Below the pieces are notes generated by a model. That model was not told where the DNA came from. It worked only from the letters and a program-made list of their open reading frames with translations, and ran no database searches. This document shows positions 9,955 through 19,742 of a stretch of DNA of 64,000 bases, one piece after another (the stretch's first letter is position 1; each line of letters opens with the position of its first letter). Source of the DNA: an uncultured SAR86 cluster bacterium (GTDB lineage Bacteria; Pseudomonadota; Gammaproteobacteria; Magnimaribacterales; D2472). The stretch lies in contig CABXXT010000005.1 of NCBI GenBank assembly GCA_902516285.1, positions 26,064-90,063 of the forward strand. The letters run 5' to 3'. The translations under genes and the position numbers were made by a program.

Positions 9955-10692
9955 GTGAGAATTCATAGAGTATATTGCAAGTTAGTATCAGGACCAAATG
10001 ACGAATTTAGTCTTGATGAGTCTCAAAGCCAACATTTGGTAAGAGCATTACGACTGAAAGAAGGTACTATTATTGAGATTTTTGATGGCCATGGATATTT
10101 TGCTAAATGTAAAATAATATCAATCTCTAAAACAAACTGTGATGTTGTGAGGATAGAAGAGTTAAAAAAAAGTGCTACTTGTCATCAAATTCTTACAGCG
10201 GTTATTCCTATAATTAAGGCCAGTAATTTTAATTTTATGTTACAAAAATTATCTGAAATAGGCGTAAACAAATTTGTGATCTATAAACCACAACTTATTG
10301 ATCAAAGTGTTGCTAAGAAAAATATTACAAAGCTATTAGATAAATCAAAAGAAGTTGTTATAAATGTTTGTAAACAATGCGGAAATAATTTTTTGCCAAG
10401 TCTAGCTTTTGAAAATAGCTTGAAGGATGCTATTTCTTCTTTCAAAAGTTCAGAGATTATTTATACATTTGATACTGCTGCAGAAGAATATTTTAATCAG
10501 GATGAGCTAAAGAATGATCATATTTCAATAATAACTGGGCCTGAATCTGGATTTTCTGAAGATGAGATCAATGAATTGAGCAATAAAAAAATTAATTTTA
10601 GATATTTAGGTGACAATGTTTTAAGATCTGAAACAGCTCCAATTTTTGTTGCAGCTTTGATAAAAAATTATTTTGGTAAAATCAAGAAATAG
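9955..10692 (+). CDS. rsmE: 16S rRNA (uracil1498-N3)-methyltransferase
   Basis: 245-aa ORF with a GTG start, RsmE-type N-terminus (RIHRVY..., ...QHLVRALRLKEG) and C-terminal SPOUT motif (IITGPESGFSEDEI ... LGDNVLRSETA). Confidence 0.85.
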   Translation: MRIHRVYCKLVSGPNDEFSLDESQSQHLVRALRLKEGTIIEIFDGHGYFAKCKIISISKTNCDVVRIEELKKSATCHQILTAVIPIIKASNFNFMLQKLSEIGVNKFVIYKPQLIDQSVAKKNITKLLDKSKEVVINVCKQCGNNFLPSLAFENSLKDAISSFKSSEIIYTFDTAAEEYFNQDELKNDHISIITGPESGFSEDEINELSNKKINFRYLGDNVLRSETAPIFVAALIKNYFGKIKK

Positions 10693-10693
10693 T

Positions 10694-11602
10694 ATGAAAT
10701 CCTTATTTATTACAGATACCTTCTCAAATCTAAATGTGAAAAAAGATACATCAATATTAATGATTGAAGAAGTAATGAATCTTGGAAACAATGCTTATCA
10801 ATGTGAAATAAATGATCTTTTCATTAAAAAAGGTTTAGTTTACTCAACTGCCTCTGAAATTATTTCAACAAATAAATTAGGTAAAAAATCAGAAATAGCT
10901 TTAAGCAAATTTCAATATGCCTTTATGAGAAAAGATCCTCCTGTTGATGAAAATTTTATCAATGCGCTTCATCTGCTTTCATTAGCTGAGAATCAAGGTA
11001 CAAAGGTGTTCAATAATCCAAATTCAATTAAACAATTTAATGAAAAAATATTTGCACTCTATTTTAAAGAATTTATACCAAATACTTTTGTATCTTCAAA
11101 TATTTCTAAGATTAAAGATTTTATGACAAACAACTCATCAACGATTGTTAAACCCTTTGATGGAATGGGAGGAAGTTCTATTTATAAATTAGATGATGCA
11201 AATCAAGATAGCCTCAAAATATTAGAAAAGTTAACCTCCAATGAAAAAACCCTTATTATCGCTCAGGAATTTCTTGATGAGATTTATGAGGGTGATGTGA
11301 GAGTTTTAATTATTAATGGCAAGCCTTTTCAAAAAACTCTTGCGAGAATACCACAAGATGGAAATTTTAAAGGTAATCTTGCAGCTGGAGGGAAAGGAGT
11401 AGTTAGAGATATTACTAAAGATCAGCAATATATAGCTCTGGAAATTGGCAAATATTTAATGAAGAAAGGTATCAATTTCGCTGGAATTGATGTTATTGGA
11501 GATCGTTTAACAGAAATTAATATTACAAGCCCAACATGTGCAAGGGAAATTCTAGATCAATCAGGTGAAAATCCAGTCAAAGAGTACTTTAAAGGTTTAT
11601 GA
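10694..11602 (+). CDS. gshB: glutathione synthetase
   Basis: ATP-grasp GshB motifs are present (FMRKDPPVD, IVKPFDGMGGSSI, GDVRVLIINGKP, GNLAAGGKG, EINITSP). The ATG at 10694 is preferred to the TTG at 10673. Confidence 0.9.
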   Translation: MKSLFITDTFSNLNVKKDTSILMIEEVMNLGNNAYQCEINDLFIKKGLVYSTASEIISTNKLGKKSEIALSKFQYAFMRKDPPVDENFINALHLLSLAENQGTKVFNNPNSIKQFNEKIFALYFKEFIPNTFVSSNISKIKDFMTNNSSTIVKPFDGMGGSSIYKLDDANQDSLKILEKLTSNEKTLIIAQEFLDEIYEGDVRVLIINGKPFQKTLARIPQDGNFKGNLAAGGKGVVRDITKDQQYIALEIGKYLMKKGINFAGIDVIGDRLTEINITSPTCAREILDQSGENPVKEYFKGL

Positions 11603-12222
11603 CTTCTATTTCTTCAGTCCAAATAACCAGCAAGCGTTCCTTAACTTTCAATAAATCATTCGTGATATCAATTTTCTTGCATTTAATTCTTATTTTTGGA
11701 GTTACTCTGACAACGTTCTATAAATCACCTGTAATTAAAGAATCTCCTGTAATCAACGTAAAATTTGCTAATTCAAATCAAGACTCATTAGGCACAAGTT
11801 TTGGAGATCAGCAGAAAAAACTTTTTCAAAAAGATACAGATAAAGGTTTAAAGGTTGCAAAATCGCCAAGCAGTAACTTTCAAACCTATAAGGTAAAAAA
11901 ACTTCAATCTAATTCCATTGTTAACTCTGACGAAGCAATTTATTTAAATCTTTGGCAAAGAAAAATTGAATCTGTTGGAGATAAAATGATTTCGGAAAAT
12001 ACAGATCTTATAAGTGGCAAAGTACAAATAATGGCAACAATAGATGCAACTGGAGAATTAATAAAATCAGAAATCTTAATTTCATCTGGAGATAAATCGA
12101 TAGATGACATGGCAATAAAAATCTTACAAGAATCTTCTCCTTTTGAGGCGTTTCACTCCAATATGTCTAATGATTATAGTTTTTTAGAAATTGTAAGAGA
12201 TTGGAACTTTTCTTCTTACTAA
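11599..12222 (+). CDS. TonB-family C-terminal-domain protein (energy-transducer-like)
   Basis: 207-aa ORF with one N-terminal TM helix (FVISIFLHLILIFGV) and a TonB-like C-terminal beta-alpha-beta segment (GKVQIMATIDATGELIKSEILISSGDKSIDDMAIKIL). Its position after gshB matches Pseudomonas. There is no Pro-rich linker. Confidence 0.6.
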   Translation: MTSISSVQITSKRSLTFNKSFVISIFLHLILIFGVTLTTFYKSPVIKESPVINVKFANSNQDSLGTSFGDQQKKLFQKDTDKGLKVAKSPSSNFQTYKVKKLQSNSIVNSDEAIYLNLWQRKIESVGDKMISENTDLISGKVQIMATIDATGELIKSEILISSGDKSIDDMAIKILQESSPFEAFHSNMSNDYSFLEIVRDWNFSSY

Positions 12223-12225
12223 AAT

Positions 12226-12621
12226 ATGCAGATTATTTCCTTTGATTTTGGCATCAAAAAAATTGGTGTAGCTGTAGGTCAAACATCGACATATAGTTCA
12301 TCACCACTTCAAATAATCTACAACAAAAAAAATGAAATAAATTGGCCAGAAATATCAAAACTAGTAGAAGAATGGAAACCAAATTTAATTTTAGTCGGAA
12401 AGCCTCTTAATATGGATGGAACCGATAGCGATATTATGAAAGATGTAGAGAAATTTTATAAAAAACTCAAAAAACTCTTTAATATTGATTGTGAATACAT
12501 TGATGAAAGATTAACAACATTTGAAGCTAAAGAAATATTAAAAGAAGGTAATATAGATATTGTTGATGCAAATGCAGCAAAAATTTTAATAGATAATTGG
12601 TTCAACAGGAATAATATTTAA
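12226..12621 (+). CDS. ruvX: YqgF/RuvX putative pre-16S rRNA nuclease (Holliday-junction-resolvase-like)
   Basis: 131-aa ORF starting MQIISFDFGIKKIGVAVG, followed by ...GKPLNMDGT... and ...DERLTT.EA. Confidence 0.88.
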   Translation: MQIISFDFGIKKIGVAVGQTSTYSSSPLQIIYNKKNEINWPEISKLVEEWKPNLILVGKPLNMDGTDSDIMKDVEKFYKKLKKLFNIDCEYIDERLTTFEAKEILKEGNIDIVDANAAKILIDNWFNRNNI

Positions 12622-14393
12622 TGGCTATATCATCTTCATTTTTAGATCGTCTAATAGCATCTATAAACATTGTGGATGTTATAGGAAGAAGAATTCCATT
12701 AGAAAGAAAAGGGGGTGCATATTGGGCAAAATGTCCTTTTCATGGATCTGGTGAAGAAAGAACTCCATCTTTAAAAGTATATGATGATACTGGAACTTAT
12801 CATTGTTTTGCATGCAAAGAATCCGGAAATGCAATTCATTTCTTAAGAAAATTTGATGGCCTAGATTTTATTGAGGCCGTTGAAGTCCTTGCAACGCAAG
12901 TTGGTATGGAAGTTCCTAAAAATGAAATTCAAAAAAATGATTCTAAAGCAATAAATATAAATAATCGTGCAGCACAAATTTTCTATGAGCAACTTAAACA
13001 AGATGAAGGTAAAAAAACCATTACCTATCTAAAAAATAGAGGGATCTCTGGTGAGGTAGCAAAATTTTTTAATCTGGGATACTCAAGAATAAAACCTCCA
13101 CTCCATGAAAGTCTTTCCAAAGAGTTTGAAGAGAAAGATTTAACTGAATCAGGATTATTCGGAAAAAATGATGATGGAGGATTTTACGACAGATTTAGAG
13201 ACAGATTAATGTTTCCAATAAGAAATATTAAAGGAGAATGCATAGCATTTGGAGCAAGACTTTTAGATGAAAAAAAAGATCAAGCAAAATATCTCAATTC
13301 TCCTGAAACAAAAACATACAAAAAGAAATATGAGCTTTATGGTTTATATGAAATTAGACAAATTGATAAAAGACCAGAATCTATTTTTCTTGTTGAAGGT
13401 TACATGGATGTAATCGGTCTTTTTCAAAACGGTGTTAAAAATGCAGTCGCATCTTCAGGAACTGCATTTACCATTGAACAACTTAGAAAAATTTTAAGTT
13501 ATACAAATTCTATCTACATAGTTTTTGATGGTGATGAAGCTGGCCATAAAGCATCATGGAGAGCATTAGAAAATGCCTTGCCGGTCTTAAGAGAGGATAC
13601 AAGAATTAATTTTATCTTTCTCAAGACAAATCAAGATCCAGACAGTTTCATAAGAGAAAAGGGTAAAGATGCTTTTTTACAGCTTGCAAAGGACTCAAAG
13701 TCTTTTTCTGATTTCTTTTTAGAAACTATCAAAAAACAAGATGACTTATCAACCATTGAAGGAAGATCAATGGTGGCTAAGTTTGCTTTACCACTGATCA
13801 ATAAAATTACTAACGATACTCTTAAGCAAGCTTATATAAAAGAAGTCTCAAATATTTGTGATTTAGATCTATCTAAACTCGTGAAAGAAAATAATGTGCG
13901 AAAGCAATCACCAAGTCTTAAAAAGGAAGAAGTAAAACAAGACTCAAATTCTGTTATTAAAAAATCTGTTCTAGGGATACTTACTTCTTTAATTCAGTAT
14001 CCCAAATTGGCTACCAATAATGCGTTTGATTTAATTAAAGAGCATCCAAAGTTTTTATTTTTAAGGGACATTAGATCGATTTATACAGCAAATGAAGATA
14101 TCCATTCTTCCATAATTATTGAAAAAATTGAGAATGAAAAAGTTAGAAATATCTTTGGAGAAGCATTGGTTTCAGAAATAGCATTATCTGAGGAAGATGC
14201 AACAATAATGTTAGAAGATTGTATAAATTTTATATCCCAATTCCAGACAGAAAGGGAGGATGTGCTTAAACAAAAATATAGTGTTGATGGTTTAAATTCT
14301 GCCGAAAAGAGAGAATTACAACAATTAATTCTAAAAAAAGATAAAATGTCGCAGGACGAAGCAAATTTGCTTAAAAATTTAAGCTCTAAATAG
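12621..14393 (+). CDS. dnaG: DNA primase
   Basis: 590-aa ORF with a zinc ribbon (CPFHGSGEERTPSLKVY...YHCFACKESGNAIHF) and a TOPRIM domain (LVEGYMDV ... VFDGDEAGHKA). Confidence 0.95.
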   Translation: MAISSSFLDRLIASINIVDVIGRRIPLERKGGAYWAKCPFHGSGEERTPSLKVYDDTGTYHCFACKESGNAIHFLRKFDGLDFIEAVEVLATQVGMEVPKNEIQKNDSKAININNRAAQIFYEQLKQDEGKKTITYLKNRGISGEVAKFFNLGYSRIKPPLHESLSKEFEEKDLTESGLFGKNDDGGFYDRFRDRLMFPIRNIKGECIAFGARLLDEKKDQAKYLNSPETKTYKKKYELYGLYEIRQIDKRPESIFLVEGYMDVIGLFQNGVKNAVASSGTAFTIEQLRKILSYTNSIYIVFDGDEAGHKASWRALENALPVLREDTRINFIFLKTNQDPDSFIREKGKDAFLQLAKDSKSFSDFFLETIKKQDDLSTIEGRSMVAKFALPLINKITNDTLKQAYIKEVSNICDLDLSKLVKENNVRKQSPSLKKEEVKQDSNSVIKKSVLGILTSLIQYPKLATNNAFDLIKEHPKFLFLRDIRSIYTANEDIHSSIIIEKIENEKVRNIFGEALVSEIALSEEDATIMLEDCINFISQFQTEREDVLKQKYSVDGLNSAEKRELQQLILKKDKMSQDEANLLKNLSSK

Positions 14394-14449
14394 ATTGACT
14401 TTTTAAAATTAATCACTAAATAGAGCTGATAATAGAGGATTACAACTAA

Positions 14450-16264
14450 GTGGATAAACTTAATCAAAAAGGCTCAAGAATTGCTGAACTTATTGAAAAA
14501 GGAAGAGAGCAAGGATATTTAACATATTCTGATGTTAATGATCATCTTCCTGACGATATATCAGACCCGGATCAAGTAGATGAAATAATCGGAATGATTA
14601 ATGATCTTGGATTGCAAGTTCATGAGACAGCTCCTGACGCAGATACTTTAATGCTTGCAGAGTCAGAAAATTCTGATGATATTGCCTTAGAACAAGCAGC
14701 AGAAGCTCTTGCAGCTGTTGAAAATGAAACTGGAAGAACAACAGACCCAGTTCGAATGTATATGCGGGAAATGGGAACAGTTGACCTTCTTACAAGAGAA
14801 GGTGAGATTGAAATCGCAAAAAGAATTGAAGAGGGAATGAGAGACCTTTTAAGTGAGAGTGTTGCTTATCCGAAAACTGTCGAATATGTATTGGAATATT
14901 TTCAATTAGTAAAAGATGGTGAAAAGAAAATAAATGATTTCCTAACTGGTTTCCTTGAAGAAATGGAAGAGGTTCCCTCTGCAGGTCCTGGAAGTCAAAG
15001 AGCAAAAGAAGAAGCTGAAGCGGCTGAATCATCTGACGAAGAAACTTCATCAGGTCCAGACATGAAAGAAGTCCAAAGAAGAATGACAAACCTCAAACGT
15101 CAGTTTAATAAAACAGCAAAGGTTATTGAGAAAAAAGGTAGACATTCAAAAGAAGCAAATGCTGAGTTCAAAAAACTTGGTGAAATATTTAAATTCCTAA
15201 AATTTAGCCCAAGAATGTTTGAAGATATCTCTGCAATCGCAAGGCACGGTTTAAACAGTATTAGACAAAAAGAAAAATTGATCCAAACACAACTTGTAAA
15301 AAATGCTCGTATTCCTAGAAAAGACTTTTTATCAATGTATGCGGATAATCTAACAAAAGTTAGATGGGTAGATTCGTTGATGAAAGAAAAAAAATACAAA
15401 AAAGATTTACTTGAAAAAGTTAAGCAAGATGTTGTTATTGCACAAAAAGACATCATGGAAGTAGAGCAGAAAGTTGGACTTAGCGTAAAAGAGATCAAAG
15501 ATATTAATAGAAGCATGTCTATGGGTGAAACCAAAATGCGAAGAGCAAAAAAAGATATGGTTGAAGCTAATTTAAGACTTGTAATATCAATTGCAAAAAA
15601 ATATACCAATAGGGGACTTCAGTTCCTTGACCTAATTCAAGAAGGAAACATTGGCTTAATGAAAGCAGTTGATAAATTTGAATACAGAAGAGGCTATAAA
15701 TTTTCAACCTATGCAACCTGGTGGATAAGACAGGCCATAACAAGATCAATAGCTGACCAAGCAAGAACAATAAGAATTCCAGTTCATATGATTGAAACAA
15801 TCAATAAGCTCAATAGAGTTTCTCGAACAATGATGCAAGATATAGGAAGAGAACCAACTCCAGAGGAATTAAGTAAAGAATTAGATATGCCTGAGGATAA
15901 AGTAAGAAAGGTTCTTAAAATTGCCAAAGAACCAATTTCAACAGAAACACCAATTGGAGATGATGAAGATTCAAATCTCGGTGATTTCATTGAAGATACT
16001 GTTATTGAGTCTCCATTAGAAAATGCTACTGAAGAAAGTTTACACTTTGCAACAGATGATGTGCTCGGCTCATTGACTGCAAGAGAAGCTAAAGTTTTAA
16101 GAATGAGATTTGGTATTGGTATGAATACTGATCATACATTAGAAGAAGTTGGAAAACAGTTTGATGTAACTAGAGAGAGAATTAGGCAGATTGAAGCAAA
16201 GGCTTTAAGAAAATTAAGACATCCTAGCAGATCAAGTCATCTTAAAAGCTTCTTAGACGAATAA
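14450..16264 (+). CDS. rpoD: RNA polymerase sigma-70 factor RpoD
   Basis: 604-aa ORF with a GTG start and regions 1.1-4.2 recognisable ([99 protein letters not shown]). Confidence 0.97.
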   Translation: MDKLNQKGSRIAELIEKGREQGYLTYSDVNDHLPDDISDPDQVDEIIGMINDLGLQVHETAPDADTLMLAESENSDDIALEQAAEALAAVENETGRTTDPVRMYMREMGTVDLLTREGEIEIAKRIEEGMRDLLSESVAYPKTVEYVLEYFQLVKDGEKKINDFLTGFLEEMEEVPSAGPGSQRAKEEAEAAESSDEETSSGPDMKEVQRRMTNLKRQFNKTAKVIEKKGRHSKEANAEFKKLGEIFKFLKFSPRMFEDISAIARHGLNSIRQKEKLIQTQLVKNARIPRKDFLSMYADNLTKVRWVDSLMKEKKYKKDLLEKVKQDVVIAQKDIMEVEQKVGLSVKEIKDINRSMSMGETKMRRAKKDMVEANLRLVISIAKKYTNRGLQFLDLIQEGNIGLMKAVDKFEYRRGYKFSTYATWWIRQAITRSIADQARTIRIPVHMIETINKLNRVSRTMMQDIGREPTPEELSKELDMPEDKVRKVLKIAKEPISTETPIGDDEDSNLGDFIEDTVIESPLENATEESLHFATDDVLGSLTAREAKVLRMRFGIGMNTDHTLEEVGKQFDVTRERIRQIEAKALRKLRHPSRSSHLKSFLDE

Positions 16265-16266
16265 AA

Positions 16267-16902
16267 CTACTTCCAATTACCTTTTCTACCTGAAAGATCC
16301 CAATTAATTCTACTCCACATTAATTCGATTCTTCTTTCAACATATCTTTTTGCAAAAAAATCTGAATAACTTGGAAGTGGGAAGAATGCCTTAGAGCCAA
16401 GACCATCTATAATTTTTAATATCATTTGATTGTCTTCAATTTTGATCACAATGTTATGTGGTATAAGATTTTTGGTTAAGATAAGATTTTCTCTTAACCA
16501 ATCATGGAATTCTTCAATTGAGTTTTTAATTTCATCTGTAAGTCCTTTTGAAAATAAATAATCCTCTAAAGTCTGTGCTATTTCACCATCATTTTTAATA
16601 AGCTCTGTTTCTGAAGCCATACCAATAGATGTTTCAACCATTCCATACCATTTAGCTAAATGTTTATACGCTATTTGATCATTCCTTTTTAAAGATTTTT
16701 GATTATAAGCTTCTTGTTCTCTTAAATTATCATCAAAGCTACTTTTTGACCTTAGCTTTTTATACCAAGGTTGATTTTTTGTTATCTTTTCTAATAGTCC
16801 TGGATGAACTACTTTTAAACACTTGTCAGGCTTCTCGGGATGAACAAAGCATTTTCTATTACCACCTTCAGCGAAAGGAGTTATGCCATTTAATTCAATC
16901 AT
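16267..16902 (-). CDS. YrbL-family (PhoP-regulon-type) kinase-fold protein
   Basis: 211-aa ORF whose N-terminus FAEGGNRKCFVHPEKPDKCLKVV matches the YrbL signature (G..RKCY.HPED...CIKIV). Confidence 0.6.
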   Translation of the reverse strand: MIELNGITPFAEGGNRKCFVHPEKPDKCLKVVHPGLLEKITKNQPWYKKLRSKSSFDDNLREQEAYNQKSLKRNDQIAYKHLAKWYGMVETSIGMASETELIKNDGEIAQTLEDYLFSKGLTDEIKNSIEEFHDWLRENLILTKNLIPHNIVIKIEDNQMILKIIDGLGSKAFFPLPSYSDFFAKRYVERRIELMWSRINWDLSGRKGNWK

Positions 16903-16937
16903 AATAAGACAATAGCCTATCAGGTTTATTTAAAGAC

Positions 16938-16965
16938 TTCCTTAAAAAATTAATTCTTATATAAT
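16938..16965 (+). promoter_or_regulatory. candidate sigma-70 promoter for the tRNA(CAT) gene
   Basis: TTCCTT, a 16-nt spacer, then TATAAT (16960-16965), followed by a GC-rich discriminator (AGCGCTC) about 20 nt upstream of the mature tRNA 5' end. This is pattern only. Confidence 0.3.
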
Positions 16966-16992
16966 TAGCGCTCTTTTGTTCGCGTGAACATA

Positions 16993-17069
16993 GGGCCTGT
17001 AGCTCAGTTGGTTAGAGCAGTGGACTCATAATCCATTGGTCGGAGGTTCGAGTCCTCCCGGGCCCACCA
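16993..17069 (+). tRNA. tRNA with anticodon CAT; probably tRNA-Ile2 (lysidine type) rather than elongator tRNA-Met
   Basis: 77 nt with a clean cloverleaf (acceptor GGGCCTG/CGGGCCC, anticodon loop CTCATAA, T-arm GGAGG-TTCGAGT-CCTCC, encoded CCA). C4-G69/C5-G68 and a G27.U43 pair resemble E. coli ileX. Confidence 0.93.
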
Positions 17070-17199
17070 TACTTTCTTTTTTAACAATATGCTTGCTTAA
17101 AAGCCTGTATGGAAGGGTGTATGGGGCGATTCCAATTATGCTATCCTGGATTTCAATAGATTCATCAGGGATATAATCGTAAATTAGCTGTCATAATTT

Positions 17200-17928
17200 C
17201 TATAACTCATATGAGCGATATTCTTTTGCTTGCTTAACTAAGGCTTTTCTATAATCAATAGGTTTGAAAACTGGAGCATCAAAATTAATAAAATATATAT
17301 TCTCTTTTGAACTAATGTAATATCCATCTATTGTTAGCGCTATCATTGTTGCATTTTTGTCTTTAATTCCATGGCACGCATGAAGGGCCGATTGAATTAC
17401 ATTTGAATGATCATCATTCATATGATCAATCATCATTTGTTCACTTTTAGACCATTTAGGCGAATCGTCTTTCCAATTTTTCGGATCAAGCCAAGCTATA
17501 TCTCCAAAACCTCCAATCCATCTCACTCTTGAAATTTCAAGTTTATAAAACTTAAAGTCATGCATAGATGAATATTTTTTACTTTCTGGTAAAAATGTTA
17601 CAAATCTTTCTTGGCAAACTTCTAAGTCATCACTTGGGACAGCTTTTAAATTTCCCATAAGAGTTAACCTAGAACTATTTTGTTTATCGTAGTCAGTATC
17701 CAATTTAAAAAGCGTTACACAAGCTTTAGAGTTTTTTTTAAGGTTTATAGTGTGTTGAGCTATATCAGAGGTATACATAAACAACGTTCTATTTTTATCT
17801 GATACATATGTTATGAAGCTACCAAATGGATAACCTTCATATTTTTTTGACATAGTAGACAAAATGGCAGAATTAGCAGATCTATATAGCTTTACCGCTT
17901 CTAATTCATATTTTTTTCTTTTAAACAT
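17200..17928 (-). CDS. HugZ/HutZ-like heme utilisation protein (PNPOx-like split barrel + DUF2470)
   Basis: 242-aa ORF that is the last gene of the hmuTUV operon. It combines an N-terminal PNPOx-like region (AILSTMSKKYEGYPFGSFITYV) with a C-terminal DUF2470-like part (MIDHMNDDHSNVI). Confidence 0.7.
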   Translation of the reverse strand: MFKRKKYELEAVKLYRSANSAILSTMSKKYEGYPFGSFITYVSDKNRTLFMYTSDIAQHTINLKKNSKACVTLFKLDTDYDKQNSSRLTLMGNLKAVPSDDLEVCQERFVTFLPESKKYSSMHDFKFYKLEISRVRWIGGFGDIAWLDPKNWKDDSPKWSKSEQMMIDHMNDDHSNVIQSALHACHGIKDKNATMIALTIDGYYISSKENIYFINFDAPVFKPIDYRKALVKQAKEYRSYEL

Positions 17929-17931
17929 AGC

Positions 17932-18705
17932 TTAATAGTAAGTTATAAATAAAGGATCTTCCTGAACTTTTATCTCAATATCATAAATCTTAGATAAGAT
18001 TTTTGAATTAAGAACTTCTGAAGGCGTTCCTATCTTAACAACGCCACCTCTATCTAGTAATACAATTTTATCTGAAAATTTTGCAGCTAAATTCAGATCA
18101 TGAAGAACTAGCATTACTCCCGTTCCATCATTTGCAGCTTCTTTAACTATATTGAGAAGTTTAACTTCATATGTAATATCAAGATTGGCTGTAGGTTCGT
18201 CTAATAATAAATATTTTGGATCACTTGAGTCTGATGGTCTCCAAAGTTGTAAAAGTGTTCTAGCAAAGTGAATTCTTCTTTGTTCGCCACCTGATAAAGT
18301 ATTAAAGTTTCTTCTAATCAAATCTTTTACACCGCATTTAGTTACTACATCCATAACTGCATTTTCAAATTCATTAGCATAAGTACTCTCTCCTCTATCA
18401 ACCCAACCCATTTCAATTATTTCTTTAACCGAAAAATCAAAAGCAATCGCTTGAAGTTGAGACATTACGCTTCTCGTAAAAGCTCTTTCTTGAATATTAA
18501 CGTCACTGATATCCTTATTATCATAATGTATTGCTCCACTCGTAGGTTTGATATCACCAGCCAATGATTTGAGTAGCGTAGATTTACCAGCGCCATTAGG
18601 ACCAATAACAGATAATATTTCTCCTTGATGAATTTTTATAGAAACATCATTGAGAATCGACCTACCATTTAGATCTATACTTATTGAATCAGCGTTAATA
18701 CTCAT
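17932..18705 (-). CDS. hmuV: heme ABC transporter ATP-binding protein
   Basis: 257-aa ORF with Walker A GPNGAGKST, signature LSGGEQRR and Walker B LLLDEPT. Confidence 0.9.
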   Translation of the reverse strand: MSINADSISIDLNGRSILNDVSIKIHQGEILSVIGPNGAGKSTLLKSLAGDIKPTSGAIHYDNKDISDVNIQERAFTRSVMSQLQAIAFDFSVKEIIEMGWVDRGESTYANEFENAVMDVVTKCGVKDLIRRNFNTLSGGEQRRIHFARTLLQLWRPSDSSDPKYLLLDEPTANLDITYEVKLLNIVKEAANDGTGVMLVLHDLNLAAKFSDKIVLLDRGGVVKIGTPSEVLNSKILSKIYDIEIKVQEDPLFITYY

Positions 18706-19742
18706 GATCTTTTAATTCTAAAGATGAGCCATAAAAAGAATGGAGAACCAATAGCACTTGTAATCAAACCTACCGGAAGTTCTGCAGGTTGAATCATTGT
18801 TCTTGCTACCATGTCAGCTGTTATCATCAAAGCGGCTCCAATAAAAGCAGATCCAGGCAAAAGATAGTTATGATTTACACCGCCAAATAGCCTTACTAAA
18901 TGTGGAACAACTAATCCAACAAATCCAATCATTCCTGACAAAGAGACGCTTGCTCCAACTGCTGCAGCACAAGATATAATAATTTTATATTTTAATTTCT
19001 TTACATCTACCCCAAGCCTATATGCTTCCGGCTCTCCAAGTTGAATTAAGTCAAGATTTCTTGAAACAGTCATCATTGAAGCGACTGATATTAATATAAT
19101 AATTATTGCTGGTATTAATAGCGGCCATGTAACTCCACCGAAACTACCCATTGTCCAAAACGTTAAACCTCTTAATTCAGAATCCGTACTTATAAATGTA
19201 AGTATTCCAATACCAACACCTGCAATTGCATTTACCGCGATCCCAACAAGCAACATATATGTAACACCTTGATATCCAAATCCTTTAGTTAACATGTATA
19301 GCATCATAATTACTAAAATTGCTCCCGAAATTGCTCCCAAAGGCAATAAAAAAGATCCAAGCATAAAACCACTTAAAAAATTTGAACCTAAAACAATGAC
19401 TAAAGTTGCGCCTAATGCGGCTCCTGCTGAAACACCAATTAAGCCAGGATCAGCTAAAGGGTTACGGAAAAGTCCTTGAAGCGCAGCGCCTGAGATACCA
19501 AGACTGGCACCAACCAAAGCCGCCAATATGACCCTTGGCAATCGTATTTCCAACAAAACTATTTTTGTTAAGTCTGAAATCTCACCTGAATAAATATCTG
19601 TGAAATTAATGGCAATACTTCCATTTACACATGCTAATAGAAAGCAAATAGCGCATAAAATGACAAAAACGTTTAACTTAAATAATTGTTTTGATGAGAT
19701 ATGTAGTTTATTTAAATTAATTAAATTAAGAGCTTTATTCAT
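18702..19742 (-). CDS. hmuU: heme/iron-complex ABC transporter permease (FecCD family)
   Basis: 346-aa polytopic ORF with FecCD-type motifs (LPRVILAALVGASLGISGAALQGLFRNPLADPGLIGVSAGAALG). Confidence 0.9.
   Translation of the reverse strand: MNKALNLINLNKLHISSKQLFKLNVFVILCAICFLLACVNGSIAINFTDIYSGEISDLTKIVLLEIRLPRVILAALVGASLGISGAALQGLFRNPLADPGLIGVSAGAALGATLVIVLGSNFLSGFMLGSFLLPLGAISGAILVIMMLYMLTKGFGYQGVTYMLLVGIAVNAIAGVGIGILTFISTDSELRGLTFWTMGSFGGVTWPLLIPAIIIILISVASMMTVSRNLDLIQLGEPEAYRLGVDVKKLKYKIIISCAAAVGASVSLSGMIGFVGLVVPHLVRLFGGVNHNYLLPGSAFIGAALMITADMVARTMIQPAELPVGLITSAIGSPFFLWLIFRIKRS

Noticed and set aside
9925-9966. Longer N-terminal extensions offered by the ORF track (histidine phosphatase from 9966, gshB from TTG 10673, toroid protein from 61052)
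   Set aside because: Each extension overlaps the neighbouring gene. The added residues precede the conserved N-terminal motifs (LLFVRHGQ; MKSLFITD...; MYKPQQ...). The downstream ATGs give non-overlapping, family-typical starts.
14081-16000. A series of minus-strand ORFs (14081-14467, 14790-15089, 15100-15609, 15567-15800, 15784-15990), including one of 169 aa
   Set aside because: All lie antisense within dnaG or rpoD, whose plus-strand products are unmistakable. The antisense translations are low-complexity (Leu/Ser/Phe/Ile) and lack motifs or plausible RBSs.
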